Source: Fimbriosthenelais zetlandica (Eukaryota). Taken from it: a stretch of 64,000 nt of DNA. Where the stretch lies: contig OZ365110.1 in the NCBI GenBank assembly GCA_977030845.1, positions 55,738,001 through 55,802,000 of the forward strand, given 5' to 3'. The notes under the pieces are model-generated. The model saw only the letters and a list, made by a program, of their open reading frames with translations, was not told the origin of the DNA and ran no database searches. Below, piece by piece: positions 62,339 through 64,000 of the stretch. A program made the translations under genes and the position numbers. Position 1 is the stretch's first letter. Each line of letters opens with the position of its first letter.

Positions 62339-64000
62339 TATATATAAACCTAAGTTCTGGAACCCATTTCAAAATCAGCTATAGACTTAGCATTGCTAGT
62401 TTTTCTTTTCAAATAAGCCTCTGAATTCAATCCCATCCTACCATTTGGATAAAGATTTACCTATTGGAATAATAGAAAAAAGTGAATAGCCATGCAGGTA
62501 TATATTATATATAGATGGACAAAACCCAACATATCGTCAATGGAGCAGTATTCACCGGGCTGACATCATTATGTGGGAGTCTGAGAAAAAGATTTGTAAA
62601 CCCCGATGGAGAGAAGAGAGAGGAGAACATGGGAGAGACAAAACTAATGATATAGCCAACTCCCTTAGCTCCCCACCCCTTGCCTACAATGGCAATAGGG
62701 GGGTGTCAGTTAAAAGAGGTCTAGGCCTGGGGGTGTTTGAATTGGGCATGATACATCTGAGTGGACCTGTGTGGAGGTGTGTGGAGAGGGTGTCAGTAGG
62801 TTTAGGCTTCAATGAACAGGAGAAAACAGGGAAGGAGAGAAGTGGTCCAGTGTGACAGCTGGGGGAGTAAGGAAGCGTACTGAAGATCCCCCAGGGGGCG
62901 TTAGTGTGTGTGTGTGTGTGGTGGGGGCAGTGGACTAAATAAGGCCCGCTATTTTCACCCTTTTCTACAAACTCCATCAGTTCTATACATGTATAAATAA
63001 ATATATCTCAGACGTATATGCGTCACCTATACTATATTGCAAGTGTGCCAATATCCTTGCATTTCAGAATTCGATATTAAACTATTTAAAATGTTACATC
63101 AAATTGATTTTAAAACCACAATGTTCTCTCTCCAAAAGGCTGTCTTCCACGGACAGTGAAAATGTCCTAAGGGTTGCCGCTCAAAAGCCCCCAGAACAAT
63201 ATAAAATGGCTGCAAATTGACGTAAAAAGCCCCCAGGTTCATGTTCTTATTAGTAAAGGCATGGACCCCACTGTTGCGATACACTTGCAAACCAATCCTT
63301 TTGAATAATATTATGATTATAGCAATAAAAGTTATATTTGTGTTCCAATGTGTTTAAGGTATAAAGGCACTCCTCCACTGGAGCGTTACTGCTGACCCTT
63401 GTCGCATGAGAATCTCAGAGAAAAACGCACTAGTAGAGACAAACCTTTAGTGTTAAAAGAGACACTGCCGTAAGGGTATCGGATGTAGTTTAGCATCTAT
63501 TTCACCTTGGAGTCGAGAGCTGTCAATCCTCGCCAGCAGGCATAAATTAACTTAGCACATAGCGCTAAATAACGTGCAAACATTTCACACTCAAGGTGGC
63601 GAGATGTTGCACAATATCAGATGTGCCCTCCGGACCAAGGAGGGGTCTATGGCAAGACAAGATGGCAAGACAAGATGGTAATACGTATCTATATCATGCA
63701 AATAATCACTCACAACGGTACTTCACAATAATGGCTGTCTCATAAGGAGGCATATTGTAGTTTATGAGCCTATATGGCCTAGCCTATATATTGGGTAACT
63801 TTATGCAATGTTAAGACTTGTTTCACATTACAAATGTGCAGTATATTCAGTGGTCAGTTTCACAGGATTACACTTTGTGTTATTTCATAAAAAGTGATAT
63901 ATTCCGGAGACTGTTTCATAAAAAAGGTGCGTTACATTATGCAATGGGTTTAAAGCCTATAGTGTCGTGGGCCTATAAGTTGTAGCGTATATTCCAGAAA

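Overview
Animal genomic DNA, AT-rich and probably spiralian (annelid/mollusc-like; inferred from the eIF3h sequence, an SP555-type SPRY-SOCS gene and Nin-type SINEs). The left 26 kb holds four genes: PITHD1 first coding exon (-), a SPSB3/SP555-like SPRY-SOCS box gene with a single-exon CDS (+), a complete 7-exon EIF3H (-, 332 aa) and a complete UTP23 (+, 3 coding exons, 240 aa) head-to-head with EIF3H. From about 26 kb to the end I recognise no protein-coding exon. That part has a promoter-like block with a candidate micro first exon (MKAESRRM|gtgagc), motif clusters (CRE, TCF), SINE/MITE relics, minisatellites and a ~2.2 kb tandem duplication. Best leads: a 2.08 kb non-autonomous DNA transposon (13-bp TIRs, 4-bp TSD, 7 internal copies of a 14-mer) inserted at the head of a tRNA-derived SINE; the same 44-bp SINE segment expanded into a minisatellite at two loci; SIM-like motifs in the SPSB3-like N-terminus; conserved EIF3H-UTP23 divergent linkage with uORFs. 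No CRISPR, prokaryotic or intact viral system is supported. All alignments were done by eye; no searches were run.
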